NCBI GenBank assembly: GCA_020635175.1
Contig: JACKAH010000001.1
Span: forward strand, 6,088-70,087
Direction of reading: 5' to 3'
Length of the DNA stretch: 64,000 nucleotides
Source of the DNA: Deltaproteobacteria bacterium
GTDB taxonomy: Bacteria; Bdellovibrionota_C; UBA2361; J135
Shown: positions 9,438-19,893 of the stretch, piece after piece
Position numbering within the stretch: the stretch's first letter is position 1
Layout: each line of letters opens with the position of its first letter
The notes under the pieces: model-generated
Databases searched by the model: none
What the model saw: only the letters and a program-made list of their open reading frames with translations
What the model was told of the DNA's origin: nothing
Program-made: the position numbers and the translations under genes

Positions 9438-10223
9438 ATGGGTAATGAAGCTGAAGATTTCGGAACACAAAATTCAACCAAGGGCTGTTCACATAACAGC
9501 AATCAACCCTGCCTTAAAGCTGCTCTACTACGGGCTAAAGATATGGTTATGAGTCCTGGTGCAACTTGGGACAAGCTCAAATCTGAAGATATGACTATAA
9601 ATCAAGTTTTTATGACTTACGCAGTCTTCCTTGTCGCTGTAACGCCTGTTTGTGAATTTATCCGTATGACAACAGTCGGAAGAACTCTACCATTTATCGG
9701 TACGATGAAGTGGCCACTGATCTCTGGATTAGTTACTACGATTGTAACTTATGCTCTAGGACTTGCTACTATCTATATCGCAGCGGTCATTATGGAAAAG
9801 CTTGCTCCAAAATTTGATGGGGCACTTACTTTAGGTAACGCTGCAAAGCTCTTCGCTTTCTCAATGGCACCGGTATATCTGGGTGGTGTTTTTCAACTGA
9901 TACCATATCTATCAGCACTCGGTCTTTTATGTGGTCTTTATGGCTTGTACCTTTTTTATCAAGGGATTCCTAAGATAGCAGGAGTTACAGAGAAGAGAGT
10001 GCCATTTTTCTTAGTTACAATTGTGGCCCTGATTGTAACGATGATGATTGTTGGTTTAGTTGTAGCTGCAGTATCTCCTAGTATGTTTACAGCACCTGAA
10101 GTTGTTCAAGGTACAAATACATTGAACCTTCCTGGGGGTGTTTCAATTGACATGAATGAGGCTCAAAAGACAGCTGAGCAGTTACAGAAAATGTTCCCAC
10201 AACAAGGAACTACTGGAAATTAA
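9438..10223 (+). CDS. Polytopic membrane protein (Yip1-domain-like), function unknown
   Basis: About five predicted TM helices after a soluble N-terminus. There is an RBS-like aaggag 8 nt upstream. Confidence 0.45.
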   Translation: MGNEAEDFGTQNSTKGCSHNSNQPCLKAALLRAKDMVMSPGATWDKLKSEDMTINQVFMTYAVFLVAVTPVCEFIRMTTVGRTLPFIGTMKWPLISGLVTTIVTYALGLATIYIAAVIMEKLAPKFDGALTLGNAAKLFAFSMAPVYLGGVFQLIPYLSALGLLCGLYGLYLFYQGIPKIAGVTEKRVPFFLVTIVALIVTMMIVGLVVAAVSPSMFTAPEVVQGTNTLNLPGGVSIDMNEAQKTAEQLQKMFPQQGTTGN

Positions 10224-10319
10224 TCCTTTTGTTGAATCTTAATTGTCTGGAACGTTTGATATCTTAAACGTTCCAGGCAAATATTGTGATCTAATTGCCC
10301 TCAGGGTAAAACATTGTGA

Positions 10320-13300
10320 ATGAAAAGCAGTCTAAAAATTCACGGTGCCTCTGAGAATAACCTCAAACACATTTCGCTTGAAGTTCCCCACGACCAATTA
10401 ACCGTAGTTACTGGACTGTCAGGCTCAGGTAAATCTTCCCTCGCATTTGGCACTATCTATGCTGAAGGACAGCGCAGATATATTGAAACATTCAGCTCTT
10501 ATACAAGACAGTTCTTTGATAAGATCAAAAAGCCTGATGTTGATCTGATACAGTACGTTAAGCCGGCAATTGCAATCCAGCAGAAGAATAAAATTCGCTC
10601 CTCAAGATCTACAGTTGGTTCAGTCTCTGGGATTAATGATTATTTGAAAATTTTATGGGCAAATCTTTCTGAATCTGTATGTCCGAGTTGTAGTATTCCA
10701 TTAAAAGCAGATACGCCAAGTATTGTAGCGGATATTTGCCTAAAAAAACTAAAAGAGGTTCAAACTTCAAGATACGCTATCTGCGCACCTATTCGTTTTG
10801 ATTTCTCTCAAAGCAAAGCTACCGTTGCAAAGAAGCAGAAAATAGAGATCGAACGGCTAAGAATCTTAGGATTTAGTCGCTTCTTAAATCCAGATAGCGG
10901 TGAAATTGTTGAGTTAGATACACCAAAGACTTTGGTGCTTACTCAGTCTGAAGAATTGCTGGTTCTAATTGAGCGCTTCTCTAATAAGAGCTCTTCACGC
11001 AAGCAGATAATTGAAGCTGTCGAGAAGAGTTATCAAGTAGCGAATAAAAGAGTTTGTCTTGTTAATCTTAGCAAGAACCAAGCTAGTAAAGTTAACTTCT
11101 TAACTGTAGTTAATTGTGATTCTGCTCCAAATTTAAGACGAGATAAACTTGAGTTAACTTTTTTTCGAAACGAGATAGGATGTGATTATTCAGATCTACA
11201 GATAAAGCCTGCTCGTCCCTCGTTGTTTAGTTTTAACCATCCTTATGGTGCGTGTGAGAGCTGTAGAGGATTTGGTTCGATTCTCACTATCGATCTTAAG
11301 AAGTGTATACCCAATCCAAGACTTTCAATTGAAGAAGGTGCAATTGCTCCTTGGGCGGTTGATTCTAGGCGTTGGGAAATGAATCAGCTGTTAAAGTTTT
11401 GCAAACACGAAAAGATTAAAATCGATATAGCCTGGAATGAGCTAAGTCAGGAGCAGCAAGCTCTCATTTTAGAGGGGAATTCTGATTTTAAAGGGCTGTT
11501 CTCTTGGTTTAAAAGGTTAGAGCGGAAAGCATATAAAACGCATGTAAGGGTGTTTTTAGCTAGATATCGTTCAGAAGAGCTTTGCGGAACTTGTAATGGA
11601 GCAAGGCTTAATTCAAGCGCATTAGCTTATAAGATAGATCAGAAAAGTATAGCTGATATCTGGGATGCCCCAATTAGCGAGCTTTTAAAACTAACTGAAA
11701 AATTAAGTTCTAAGATTGATCCAGAATCATATCAGTTAATCGAAGTTTATAAGACCTTGCTTGCAAGATTGCAGTTTCTAGAACATGTCGGACTTCCCTA
11801 TCTTACACTTGGGAGAAATTCAAACACTCTTTCTGGAGGGGAAACCCAGAGAGTTAATCTTGCTGCTGCCATTGGTAGCAACTTGGTTTCAACTCAATTT
11901 GTCTTAGATGAGCCTACAGTTGGGCTTCACTCAAGAGACACAGACAGATTGTTAACTGCAATTAGACAGCTTCAGGGTCGTGGAAATAGTATCGTAATGG
12001 TTGAGCATGATCTGGATTGTATCGCTGAGGCTGATCATATCATTGAGCTTGGTCCAAAAGCAGGTTCTGAGGGGGGAGAAGTTGTCTATGCTGGAGATGC
12101 AAGCCTTTGGAATGGGATTTCGTTAGCCCCTTATCTGACTTCACTTAGTAGGTTGACTAAGAGCAAAACCAAAGCGAATGAATATTTCGGGGTTAAGGGT
12201 GCTAAATTTAGAAATTTAAAAAACATAGATCTTAAAATTCCGATTGGTAGTTTCTCTTGTTTAACCGGTGTATCTGGTAGTGGCAAGACGACTCTCTTGC
12301 AGGAGGTGTTCCTAGGAAGCCTAGAGCTGTCCAAACGAGGTGAGGACTTTAGCCACTTATGTGAAGAGCTAGTTGGAATTGATAAATTTGAGCAAGTATT
12401 ACTAGTCGATCAATCGCCTATTGCTAAAAGTCCACGTGGAAATATCGCCACATATAGTGGTATTTGGAACGAAGTGCGGTTAATGCTAGCAGCTACAGAT
12501 GCTGCGATTAGTAGGGCTTTAGACAAATCGGCCTTCTCGTTTAATGTTGATGCTGGTCGATGTACAACTTGCCGTGGTGCAGGATTCATTAAAGAAGACA
12601 TGCAATTTTTAAGCGATGTCTATATTCCTTGTGAAGTTTGCTTGGGCACTAGATTTCAGGAACATGTGCTGGAAGTTGAGTATCAAGGTAAAAACGTAGC
12701 AGAGCTTCTTAACTTCACGGTCTCTGATGTAATAAAGTTTTTTGGAGAGAATAAGAAGATATTTGAATTAGCAACAATGCTTGAATCTCTTGGGCTGGGA
12801 TACTTACGCTTAGGGCATTCTCTAAGCGAGCTATCCGGTGGTGAAGCTCAGCGCCTAAAACTAGTTCCTTTTCTTGCTAAGAATTCTGAACAAAACATGC
12901 TCTTTTTATTTGATGAACCAACTACCGGCTTACATCTGCATGACATATCTAAGCTGCTTGAGGTATTCGAAGCAATTCGATCAAACGGACATACAGTCTT
13001 ATGTGTTGAGCATAACTTGGCTTTGATTTATGCAGCAGATTGGATTGTTGATTTGGGTCCTGATGGAGGATCGGGAGGTGGTGAGATCTGTGCTTGTGGC
13101 GATCCTAAAAAATTGGTTTCACAAAAAAAGAAGAGCTCTGAAACAATTAGTTTTTTAGAAAATTTTAAGAATGATCTTGCTCAGAAAGCAGAGGTGTTTT
13201 TAGCCAGACAAAAAAAGATAACTAGCAAGTTAGCTAAGCCGATTAAGCAACTTGAAATTCGTCATGCTAAAGAGAACAATTTAAAAGACATCAACGTTTC

Positions 13301-15719
13301 AATTCCACTTAACCAGATAGTTGCCTTCACTGGAGTTTCGGGATCAGGCAAATCAACAATTGCAAAGGATATAATCTATTCAGAAGGACAAAGAACATAT
13401 TTGGATTGTCTTTCTCCTTATGCACGCCAATATATACGAGAGTTAAAGCACCCTGATATAGAATCAATTAGCGGCATATTGCCTACTATATGTGTGCATC
13501 AACATACATTTCAGCCAAGCGAGCTCTCGACCGTCGGAACAATGAGTGAAATTTACAACTATTTAAGGTTGTTGTTTGCGAAGGTAGGAACACAATATTG
13601 TCCAGATCATCCAGATATGCCGATTGCTGCTTTCACCGCAAAGGAAATAGCGAGTGAACTCCAAGCAAAATATAAGACAAAGATTAAGATTCTTGCTCCA
13701 GTTGTGAGAGGCAGAAAGGGCTACCACAAGTCCATTTTTGAAAAGGCACTGGCGGCTGAGATCTCTGAAGTTCGAGTTGATGGTTTCTTTGGGAAACCCT
13801 CAAGCTACTTAGAAGGCTTAGAGAGAAACAAAACTCACGATATTGATTATGTTGTAGCACATTGCACCCCGAATAACGTTGATTTTGAAATACTCGAAAG
13901 TGTAATTACTCAAGCAATCACGTTAGGTTCCGGTACAATAATCGTATCTGAAAAAGATAGACAGCAAGTTTTTAGTACCGAAAGAAACTGCTCGATCTGC
14001 AAAAGGGGATTCCTAAAGCCTGACCCTGAGGATCTTTCATTTCGCTCACGTCGTGGGGTTTGTGATGATTGTGGAGGATTCGGTGATTACGAAGGTGGGG
14101 AGAAATGTCATTCTTGTTATGGTGCAAGATTGGGCCCCGTTGGTCGCTCAATTAAAATTGATCAACTCAATATTTGGGAGGCGAGTAAGCTAACACTGAT
14201 TAACCTTTTTGATTTTCTCTCAAAGCTAAAGATATCTGAGCGCGAGAAGGCTTTATCAGAGCAACTTATTTCTGAGATGCTAGCTCGAACTAAACTATTG
14301 ATTGATTTTGGGCTAGGCTATTTGTGTCTAAATCGTGATTGTCTGAGTGTTTCAACCGGAGAATTGCAAAGACTAAGGTTAGCAGCTGCTCTTGGCTCTC
14401 CCTTAAGTGGAGTAATGTATATCTTAGATGAACCATCGGTAGGCTTGCATCCGAATGATAATGCAAAGCTGCTTGACAAGTTGGCTTACGTAAAAGAACA
14501 GGGAAATTCAGTAATTGTTATAGAACATGATCCTGACACAATCCTTGCCTCAGATTATATCTTAGATGTCGGGCCAAGTGGTGGTCAGCATGGTGGAGAG
14601 ATAATTTTTTCAGGTACCATACAGGAATTTTCAAACTCTCAGACTTCGATTACAGCACAAGCTCTTTTTTCAGAACCTCCTCTGATAGAAAATTCTGATT
14701 CTAATTCAGTTTCAGAGCAGCTAGTAGTTGAAAGTGGTAGTTGTAATAATATCTTAAATCTTTCAGTGACGCTTCCTTTAAACAGTTTAATCTCTGTTGT
14801 TGGGGTTTCTGGAGCAGGTAAAAGCTCATTTGTACATGGAATAATTGAAGAAACTATTCTCAACGGAGAGTATAAACAGAATCGGTGGAAGTGCAAAGGC
14901 AACGTAGTTTCATCAACAATACCAATCAAGAGAGTTGTTTCTGTTGATCAAAAACCTATTGGAAAAACTTCTCGTTCAACGCCAGGTTCTTATTTTGGAG
15001 TTTGGGATGAGATACGAAAAGTCTTTGCAAAAACAATTGATGCTCAGGCTCGTGGTTGGAAAGCAGGTTATTTCTCGTTCAATACTGGTCAAGGTCGTTG
15101 TAGCGAATGTCAAGGAGTCGGTGAAATTAAACTAGAGATGAGCTTTTTGCCCTCAGCTAAGATTCCTTGTCAACGTTGCCAGGGAGGAAGGTTCAGCGAA
15201 GAAGCATGTTCGGTGCGCTACAATGGGTTAAACATAAGCGAAGCCTTAAGTATGACAATCGAAGAAGCTAAGGACTTTTTTGTTAATCACAAGAAAATAT
15301 ATCAGCCACTTTCAATAGCCTGCGATCTAGGTATTGGTTACATTACGCTTGGACAAAACTCTGCAACCCTTTCAGGTGGCGAAGCTCAGCGCTTGAAACT
15401 AGTAAGTGAGCTAACATCTAACTCTGTTGGACACACTCTTTACATACTGGATGAGCCGACAACAGGTTTACATATCAAGGATGTTTATCGTTTGATAAAT
15501 GTTTTACATGCACTTGTGCAGAAGGGAAATTCAGTTTTAGTTGTAGAGCACGACCAGCAGTGTATTCAAGCTTCGGATTTTGTACTCGAGTTTGGACCGG
15601 GTGCCGATCTTGAAGGTGGGGATGTTATCTTCAGTGGGAAACCAGGCCAGCTATACTCATCTAAGACTCCATGGGGAGAAATCTTTAAAGGAAACAGCCT
15701 TTCAAAGAAGCAAGCTTAG
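10320..15719 (+). CDS. uvrA: Tandem-fused double UvrA-like excinuclease ABC subunit A (1799 aa, four ABC ATPase domains)
   Basis: UvrA N-terminus GASENNLKHISLEVP...TGLSGSGKSSLAFGTIYAEGQRRYIETFSSY. Four Walker A sites: GLSGSGKSS, GVSGSGKTT, GVSGSGKST and GVSGAGKSS. Four ABC signatures: LSGGETQRV, LSGGEAQRL, STGELQRL and LSGGEAQRL. Walker B motifs LDEPTVGLH, FDEPTTGLH, LDEPSVGLH and LDEPTTGLH. Zn-finger Cys pairs are present. There is no stop codon between the two UvrA units. Confidence 0.85.
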   Translation: MKSSLKIHGASENNLKHISLEVPHDQLTVVTGLSGSGKSSLAFGTIYAEGQRRYIETFSSYTRQFFDKIKKPDVDLIQYVKPAIAIQQKNKIRSSRSTVGSVSGINDYLKILWANLSESVCPSCSIPLKADTPSIVADICLKKLKEVQTSRYAICAPIRFDFSQSKATVAKKQKIEIERLRILGFSRFLNPDSGEIVELDTPKTLVLTQSEELLVLIERFSNKSSSRKQIIEAVEKSYQVANKRVCLVNLSKNQASKVNFLTVVNCDSAPNLRRDKLELTFFRNEIGCDYSDLQIKPARPSLFSFNHPYGACESCRGFGSILTIDLKKCIPNPRLSIEEGAIAPWAVDSRRWEMNQLLKFCKHEKIKIDIAWNELSQEQQALILEGNSDFKGLFSWFKRLERKAYKTHVRVFLARYRSEELCGTCNGARLNSSALAYKIDQKSIADIWDAPISELLKLTEKLSSKIDPESYQLIEVYKTLLARLQFLEHVGLPYLTLGRNSNTLSGGETQRVNLAAAIGSNLVSTQFVLDEPTVGLHSRDTDRLLTAIRQLQGRGNSIVMVEHDLDCIAEADHIIELGPKAGSEGGEVVYAGDASLWNGISLAPYLTSLSRLTKSKTKANEYFGVKGAKFRNLKNIDLKIPIGSFSCLTGVSGSGKTTLLQEVFLGSLELSKRGEDFSHLCEELVGIDKFEQVLLVDQSPIAKSPRGNIATYSGIWNEVRLMLAATDAAISRALDKSAFSFNVDAGRCTTCRGAGFIKEDMQFLSDVYIPCEVCLGTRFQEHVLEVEYQGKNVAELLNFTVSDVIKFFGENKKIFELATMLESLGLGYLRLGHSLSELSGGEAQRLKLVPFLAKNSEQNMLFLFDEPTTGLHLHDISKLLEVFEAIRSNGHTVLCVEHNLALIYAADWIVDLGPDGGSGGGEICACGDPKKLVSQKKKSSETISFLENFKNDLAQKAEVFLARQKKITSKLAKPIKQLEIRHAKENNLKDINVSIPLNQIVAFTGVSGSGKSTIAKDIIYSEGQRTYLDCLSPYARQYIRELKHPDIESISGILPTICVHQHTFQPSELSTVGTMSEIYNYLRLLFAKVGTQYCPDHPDMPIAAFTAKEIASELQAKYKTKIKILAPVVRGRKGYHKSIFEKALAAEISEVRVDGFFGKPSSYLEGLERNKTHDIDYVVAHCTPNNVDFEILESVITQAITLGSGTIIVSEKDRQQVFSTERNCSICKRGFLKPDPEDLSFRSRRGVCDDCGGFGDYEGGEKCHSCYGARLGPVGRSIKIDQLNIWEASKLTLINLFDFLSKLKISEREKALSEQLISEMLARTKLLIDFGLGYLCLNRDCLSVSTGELQRLRLAAALGSPLSGVMYILDEPSVGLHPNDNAKLLDKLAYVKEQGNSVIVIEHDPDTILASDYILDVGPSGGQHGGEIIFSGTIQEFSNSQTSITAQALFSEPPLIENSDSNSVSEQLVVESGSCNNILNLSVTLPLNSLISVVGVSGAGKSSFVHGIIEETILNGEYKQNRWKCKGNVVSSTIPIKRVVSVDQKPIGKTSRSTPGSYFGVWDEIRKVFAKTIDAQARGWKAGYFSFNTGQGRCSECQGVGEIKLEMSFLPSAKIPCQRCQGGRFSEEACSVRYNGLNISEALSMTIEEAKDFFVNHKKIYQPLSIACDLGIGYITLGQNSATLSGGEAQRLKLVSELTSNSVGHTLYILDEPTTGLHIKDVYRLINVLHALVQKGNSVLVVEHDQQCIQASDFVLEFGPGADLEGGDVIFSGKPGQLYSSKTPWGEIFKGNSLSKKQA

Positions 15720-16010
15720 CTAATTCAAATTTAAGCTGATTAAACTGAATGAACATTCATCATAGTCAATTTCCGGAAAATTCGAGAGAGTTCTGATTTA
15801 AATTACATTATCTTCTTTTTCGATGTTATTATTCACTCCGATCTTTGAGTTCTAGCTTTGAGACGTAGAAAACTTACTCCAAGGCTAAACACAGGAATCC
15901 GTTAATTAGCAAGCTGTCCCCTAAGCCCTTATCGCCACCAAGAGAAGTTGGAATTGGAGGATGGAGTACGTGGAGAAGAAGAGATTCAATAGTAGTAAGA
16001 AGAGTTCCAT

Positions 16011-17996
16011 ATGGCCAAGGTCTTAGTGGTTGACGACGAAGAGAGTACCCAGAGTACAATTAAATCCTTCCTTGAAGTCGATGGACATAGCGTATCAGTC
16101 GCTGGAAGCTTCGAACAAGCAGTTCCATTTTTAAAAGATGAAAATATAGATTTAATAGTTACGGATATTTATTTAGGTAGACAGACCGGCCTGGATCTTC
16201 TGTCTGAAGCGAGAAAAGTTAAACCAAATTGCCCTGTTATTGTTGTAACAGGCAAGCCTAGTATTGATTCCGCAGTAAGTTGCGTTAGAAACGGAGCCTT
16301 TGACTATCTAGAAAAACCATTTGCTCAAGATGATTTTATACATACAACTCGTAGAGCAATCGCCTCGGTGCGCTATAAGAGTAAAGTTGAGAAGCGAGAC
16401 AAAGATCTTCTCCTCCAAAAGCAATTCCTTGAGAGTAAGTTAGCGAAGCAGTCACTCGAAATTGAGAGAGCCACTCGTGCTTTAATTCATAGCGAAGAGC
16501 GATACAGGACTCTTGTCGATACGATTTCTGAGATAATTATTGAGATCGACTCGCATAAGCGTTGTCTGTGGTGCAATAAATCTGCTTATGAGTTCTTTGG
16601 TGAAGAGATCTTTGGGAGATATTTTTTTGATATCTTGAGCGAAGACAATGATAGAGAGAGCATAGCGGATTACCTCAGGAGCATTACCCCAGATACTGAG
16701 AATAAAAGCTTTTTTCTGCAGGTCAAAGATAGCCAAGGTTCGATTAAAACCCTTTCTTGGATCTTTAGGAAGTTACCCACGTCTGTTTTAAATTCTTCAA
16801 GAATAATTGCAAGCGCTCGAGATATCACTGAAGTTATCAAGCTCGAACAGCAGATAAGACGTAAAGACAGAGTCGCAATGATTGGTCGATTAGCTGGTGG
16901 AGTTGCTCATGATTTTAATAATGTACTAGGAGCGATTTTAGCACAGGTAGGTGTTGTCAAAATTCCTGATTCGACAAGTGATGATAAGCTATCGGCTGCT
17001 ATAAAAATAGAGAAAGCTGTATATCGTGCAAAACAGTTAACCGACAAGCTTTTAAGCTTTGCCAAAGGTGGCAAAACCAAGATTTCAGCTTTTAACACTC
17101 ATCGAGTAATTGAGGATGTTGTTGAACTTTTAGTTAGAACTTTAAGTAAGCAAGTCTGCATAAGTTTATCGCTTGATGCTAAGCATTGTACGATTCGTGG
17201 AGACTCTTCACAAATTTATCAATTGATTCTTAATTTAATATGTAATGCACGTGATGCAATAGTTGCAAAGAAATGTCGTGGACGTATTGATATTTCTACA
17301 TCCCTCAAAAATTTACAGGTAGATAATTGCTATGATCTTCCTGTAGGAAATTATTTGAACGTTGAAATCGCTGATACTGGTTGTGGAATTACAAAGGAGC
17401 ACCAGCAATTAATCTTTGAGCCATTCTTTTCTACTAAGGAAGAACAAGAGCGGGTTGGAATAGGGCTCGCAGTTGCTAAGGAGGTGGTGGAAAACCATGG
17501 TGGCCACATATCTTTTGCTTCTCAATCAGGAATTGGCACACACTTTGAAATTTTATTGCCTGTTGAGACTGCAGATGCACCAGAAAAATGCGAGAGCTCT
17601 GAAGAGATAGTCTCTGGCAAAGGTAGAATCCTGATTGTTGATGACGAGGATCTCGTTCGTTCTTCTTTTTCTTCTCTGCTTCAGGCCTTAGGATATGAAG
17701 TTAGCACTGCAGAGAGTATTCAGAATGCAATTGACATAATCAATCAAGAGCAAGATTTTGATTTGATCGTTCTAGATGTCGGAATGCCTGGACTTGATAC
17801 CACAACGCAATATGAAAGAATTGTAGAGGTTTCCCCCGATACTAAGATACTTTTAACCTCAGGTTATGGATTGACTGCTAATGCTCAAAAGATCATGCAA
17901 CTTGGTGCCATTGGCTTTGTTCATAAACCATGCTCTTTGCCAGAACTATCGAAAACTATTGCAAGAGTAATATCTGAACCAAGGGATGTAAGCTGA
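16011..17996 (+). CDS. Hybrid sensor histidine kinase / response regulator (REC-PAS-HisKA-HATPase-REC)
   Basis: N-terminal REC (VLVVDDEEST...DLIVTDIYL). H-box GGVAHDFNNVLGAI. HATPase_c (ADTGCGITKEH, GIGLAVAKEVV). C-terminal REC (ILIVDDEDLV...DLIVLDVGMPG). Confidence 0.8.
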   Translation: MAKVLVVDDEESTQSTIKSFLEVDGHSVSVAGSFEQAVPFLKDENIDLIVTDIYLGRQTGLDLLSEARKVKPNCPVIVVTGKPSIDSAVSCVRNGAFDYLEKPFAQDDFIHTTRRAIASVRYKSKVEKRDKDLLLQKQFLESKLAKQSLEIERATRALIHSEERYRTLVDTISEIIIEIDSHKRCLWCNKSAYEFFGEEIFGRYFFDILSEDNDRESIADYLRSITPDTENKSFFLQVKDSQGSIKTLSWIFRKLPTSVLNSSRIIASARDITEVIKLEQQIRRKDRVAMIGRLAGGVAHDFNNVLGAILAQVGVVKIPDSTSDDKLSAAIKIEKAVYRAKQLTDKLLSFAKGGKTKISAFNTHRVIEDVVELLVRTLSKQVCISLSLDAKHCTIRGDSSQIYQLILNLICNARDAIVAKKCRGRIDISTSLKNLQVDNCYDLPVGNYLNVEIADTGCGITKEHQQLIFEPFFSTKEEQERVGIGLAVAKEVVENHGGHISFASQSGIGTHFEILLPVETADAPEKCESSEEIVSGKGRILIVDDEDLVRSSFSSLLQALGYEVSTAESIQNAIDIINQEQDFDLIVLDVGMPGLDTTTQYERIVEVSPDTKILLTSGYGLTANAQKIMQLGAIGFVHKPCSLPELSKTIARVISEPRDVS

Positions 17997-18080
17997 TTTA
18001 ATAGTTGTGGAGATGTCCATTTATAAGAATATCATTTTTTAGTGTTGTTGTGTTACTACCATACGTAGTAAATAGTCTTC

Positions 18081-18452
18081 ATGAGTCAAAGAGATCCTGC
18101 AATTAGAATGGTAATGTTGCCAAAAGATACAAACGGCCTAGGTAGTATCTTTGGAGGTCATATCCTAAGTTTAATCGACTTAGCTGCAGGCCAGCACGCT
18201 AGAACAGTTGCCGCTAAGAAGTTTGTGACAAAAGTAATGAGAGAGGTAGAGTTTATCTCCCCAGTATTTGTTGGTGATGTTGTTAGTTTTTATGCCTCTA
18301 CAACCAAAATAGGAAACACTTCAATTGAGATAGCTGTAGATGTCGAAGCAGTTAGGGGAATCGACGCAATAAAGACATGCAAGGTCACGTCCGCACAGGT
18401 AGTTATGGTCGCAGTAGATGATCATAACAATCCAATTCCAATTAAAAAGTAA
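18081..18452 (+). CDS. Acyl-CoA thioesterase, hotdog fold (YciA-like)
   Basis: MVMLPKDTNGLGSIFGGHILSLIDLAAG is typical of YciA/4HBT thioesterases. Confidence 0.7.
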   Translation: MSQRDPAIRMVMLPKDTNGLGSIFGGHILSLIDLAAGQHARTVAAKKFVTKVMREVEFISPVFVGDVVSFYASTTKIGNTSIEIAVDVEAVRGIDAIKTCKVTSAQVVMVAVDDHNNPIPIKK

Positions 18453-18903
18453 ACGCTTCTTTAAGATACCTTATTTCAAAGCAAATCTTTTTATTCGCGT
18501 AGTCACGTCGATATAATGCGCCTGCGATATCATACTGAACCTTTCTAATTCCAATGCTTTCAATCTCCCTGGCATGATAATGTAGATAAATTTCAGCAAG
18601 TCTTCTGATCTTTCGCTCTTTCTTGTAATCAACAGCTTCGAATGGAGAGAATCTGTCGGCAGATGCTCTTGATCGTGTTTTGACTTCAATAAAGCTAAGA
18701 GTATTTTCTTTGATTGCAACTATATCGATCTCTCCAGCTCTGCAGCGCCAGTTTTCTGATATAATTTGATAGTCGTTATTTTCTAAATAGATTCTGGTAG
18801 CTTTTTCTCCAAGCTTACCAATTTGAAGCTTTTGATAACCCGTCTTTCTGGATGAATTCCTTGACTCCTCGAAATGTTTTCCTATGAATTTTTGAAGGCC
18901 CAA
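18442..18903 (-). CDS. yraN: YraN-family (UPF0102) predicted endonuclease
   Basis: GEKATRIYLENNDYQIISENWRCRAGEIDIVA...IEVKTRS matches the YraN signature. The annotated 5' end overlaps rnhB by 89 nt, so the true start is probably downstream. Confidence 0.65.
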   Translation of the reverse strand: MGLQKFIGKHFEESRNSSRKTGYQKLQIGKLGEKATRIYLENNDYQIISENWRCRAGEIDIVAIKENTLSFIEVKTRSRASADRFSPFEAVDYKKERKIRRLAEIYLHYHAREIESIGIRKVQYDIAGALYRRDYANKKICFEIRYLKEAFTF

Positions 18904-19399
18904 TTAGCTCTATTGCCTCTTTATGCTTTTTTGTTGGATAGCCAGCATGATCTGCTAATCCATATCCTGGGTATTTAAGATCTAGGCATTTCATTAGACG
19001 ATCTCTCCAAACTTTAGCTAGAATAGAAGCAGCTGAGATCTCCTGATGCAGCCTATCTCCGCCGATTACAGTTTCCTGAGGTATGTCTATTTCTATCGGT
19101 ACATTACCGTCTATCAATGCTTTTTCTGCTTTTACCCGCCTAACAGCTAGTTTCATTGCGACACGTGTTGCTTCACGAATATTTAACTGATCGATCCGAT
19201 GGTGCCCAACACAAACTATCGAATATGAAAGTGCGTTTTTTGTAATAGCTTCAAATAGTATATCGCGCTTTTTTGCAGAAAGTTTCTTAGAATCGGTTAT
19301 CTCTTGATTGAGATATCCCTCAGGCAAGACTACAGCAGCTGCTACAACCGGTCCTGCAAGGGGGCCTCTGCCAGCTTCATCAACACCGGCAATTCTCAT
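18815..19399 (-). CDS. rnhB: Ribonuclease HII
   Basis: MRIAGVDEAGRGPLAGPVVAAAVVL is the RNase HII catalytic N-terminus. Confidence 0.9.
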   Translation of the reverse strand: MRIAGVDEAGRGPLAGPVVAAAVVLPEGYLNQEITDSKKLSAKKRDILFEAITKNALSYSIVCVGHHRIDQLNIREATRVAMKLAVRRVKAEKALIDGNVPIEIDIPQETVIGGDRLHQEISAASILAKVWRDRLMKCLDLKYPGYGLADHAGYPTKKHKEAIELIGPSKIHRKTFRGVKEFIQKDGLSKASNW

Positions 19400-19764
19400 T
19401 TTTTATCCTTATTTTTTTCGACGTTATAGCGTAGTAGAGGGTTTTCTTCTATCTCAATCTTTTTTGATCCTCCGAGCAGTGAGCCAAGGATAAAAAGAAG
19501 AAGAGGATAAAGTACGATTCTAAAATACGTTGTAATGTTTCCAAGTTGATATTTCTCTTTGATGAATGTGATTCCATATGTGTCTATTAAAAATGCTAAC
19601 CCTGCACAGATTGCTAAAAAAATAGATTGCTTGAAGTGCTCTGAGGAATCATTGCGTTGAGCCTCGCCGCTCATATGTTCGAGTTTTGAGTAAAGTGAAA
19701 CCAACAGAAAGAATAGTGGGAAGCATGCCCAGATAAAGTAGAGAATGTAATCAAACGCGTTCAT
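19396..19764 (-). CDS. Small membrane protein, unknown function
   Basis: Three hydrophobic helices. ATGA overlap with rnhB. Confidence 0.35.
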   Translation of the reverse strand: MNAFDYILYFIWACFPLFFLLVSLYSKLEHMSGEAQRNDSSEHFKQSIFLAICAGLAFLIDTYGITFIKEKYQLGNITTYFRIVLYPLLLFILGSLLGGSKKIEIEENPLLRYNVEKNKDKK

Positions 19765-19893
19765 ATATAACTACTGCATAGCATCTTAATTGGTGAAATT
19801 GGACAGGCTAAATAATAAAATCAACAAAATCAAAGGGTTGTGCCGTTGCTTAGTGCTGCCAGGATAGTAAACTAATGCCGTCAAATCACTATT

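Noticed and set aside
10320-15719. Possibility that the double UvrA is two adjacent genes merged by the ORF caller
   Set aside because: The reading frame is continuous through the linker (…KKKSSETISFLENFKNDLAQKAEVFLARQKKITSKLAKPIKQLEIRHAKENNLKDI…) with no stop or frameshift in the given sequence. Only resequencing could change this.
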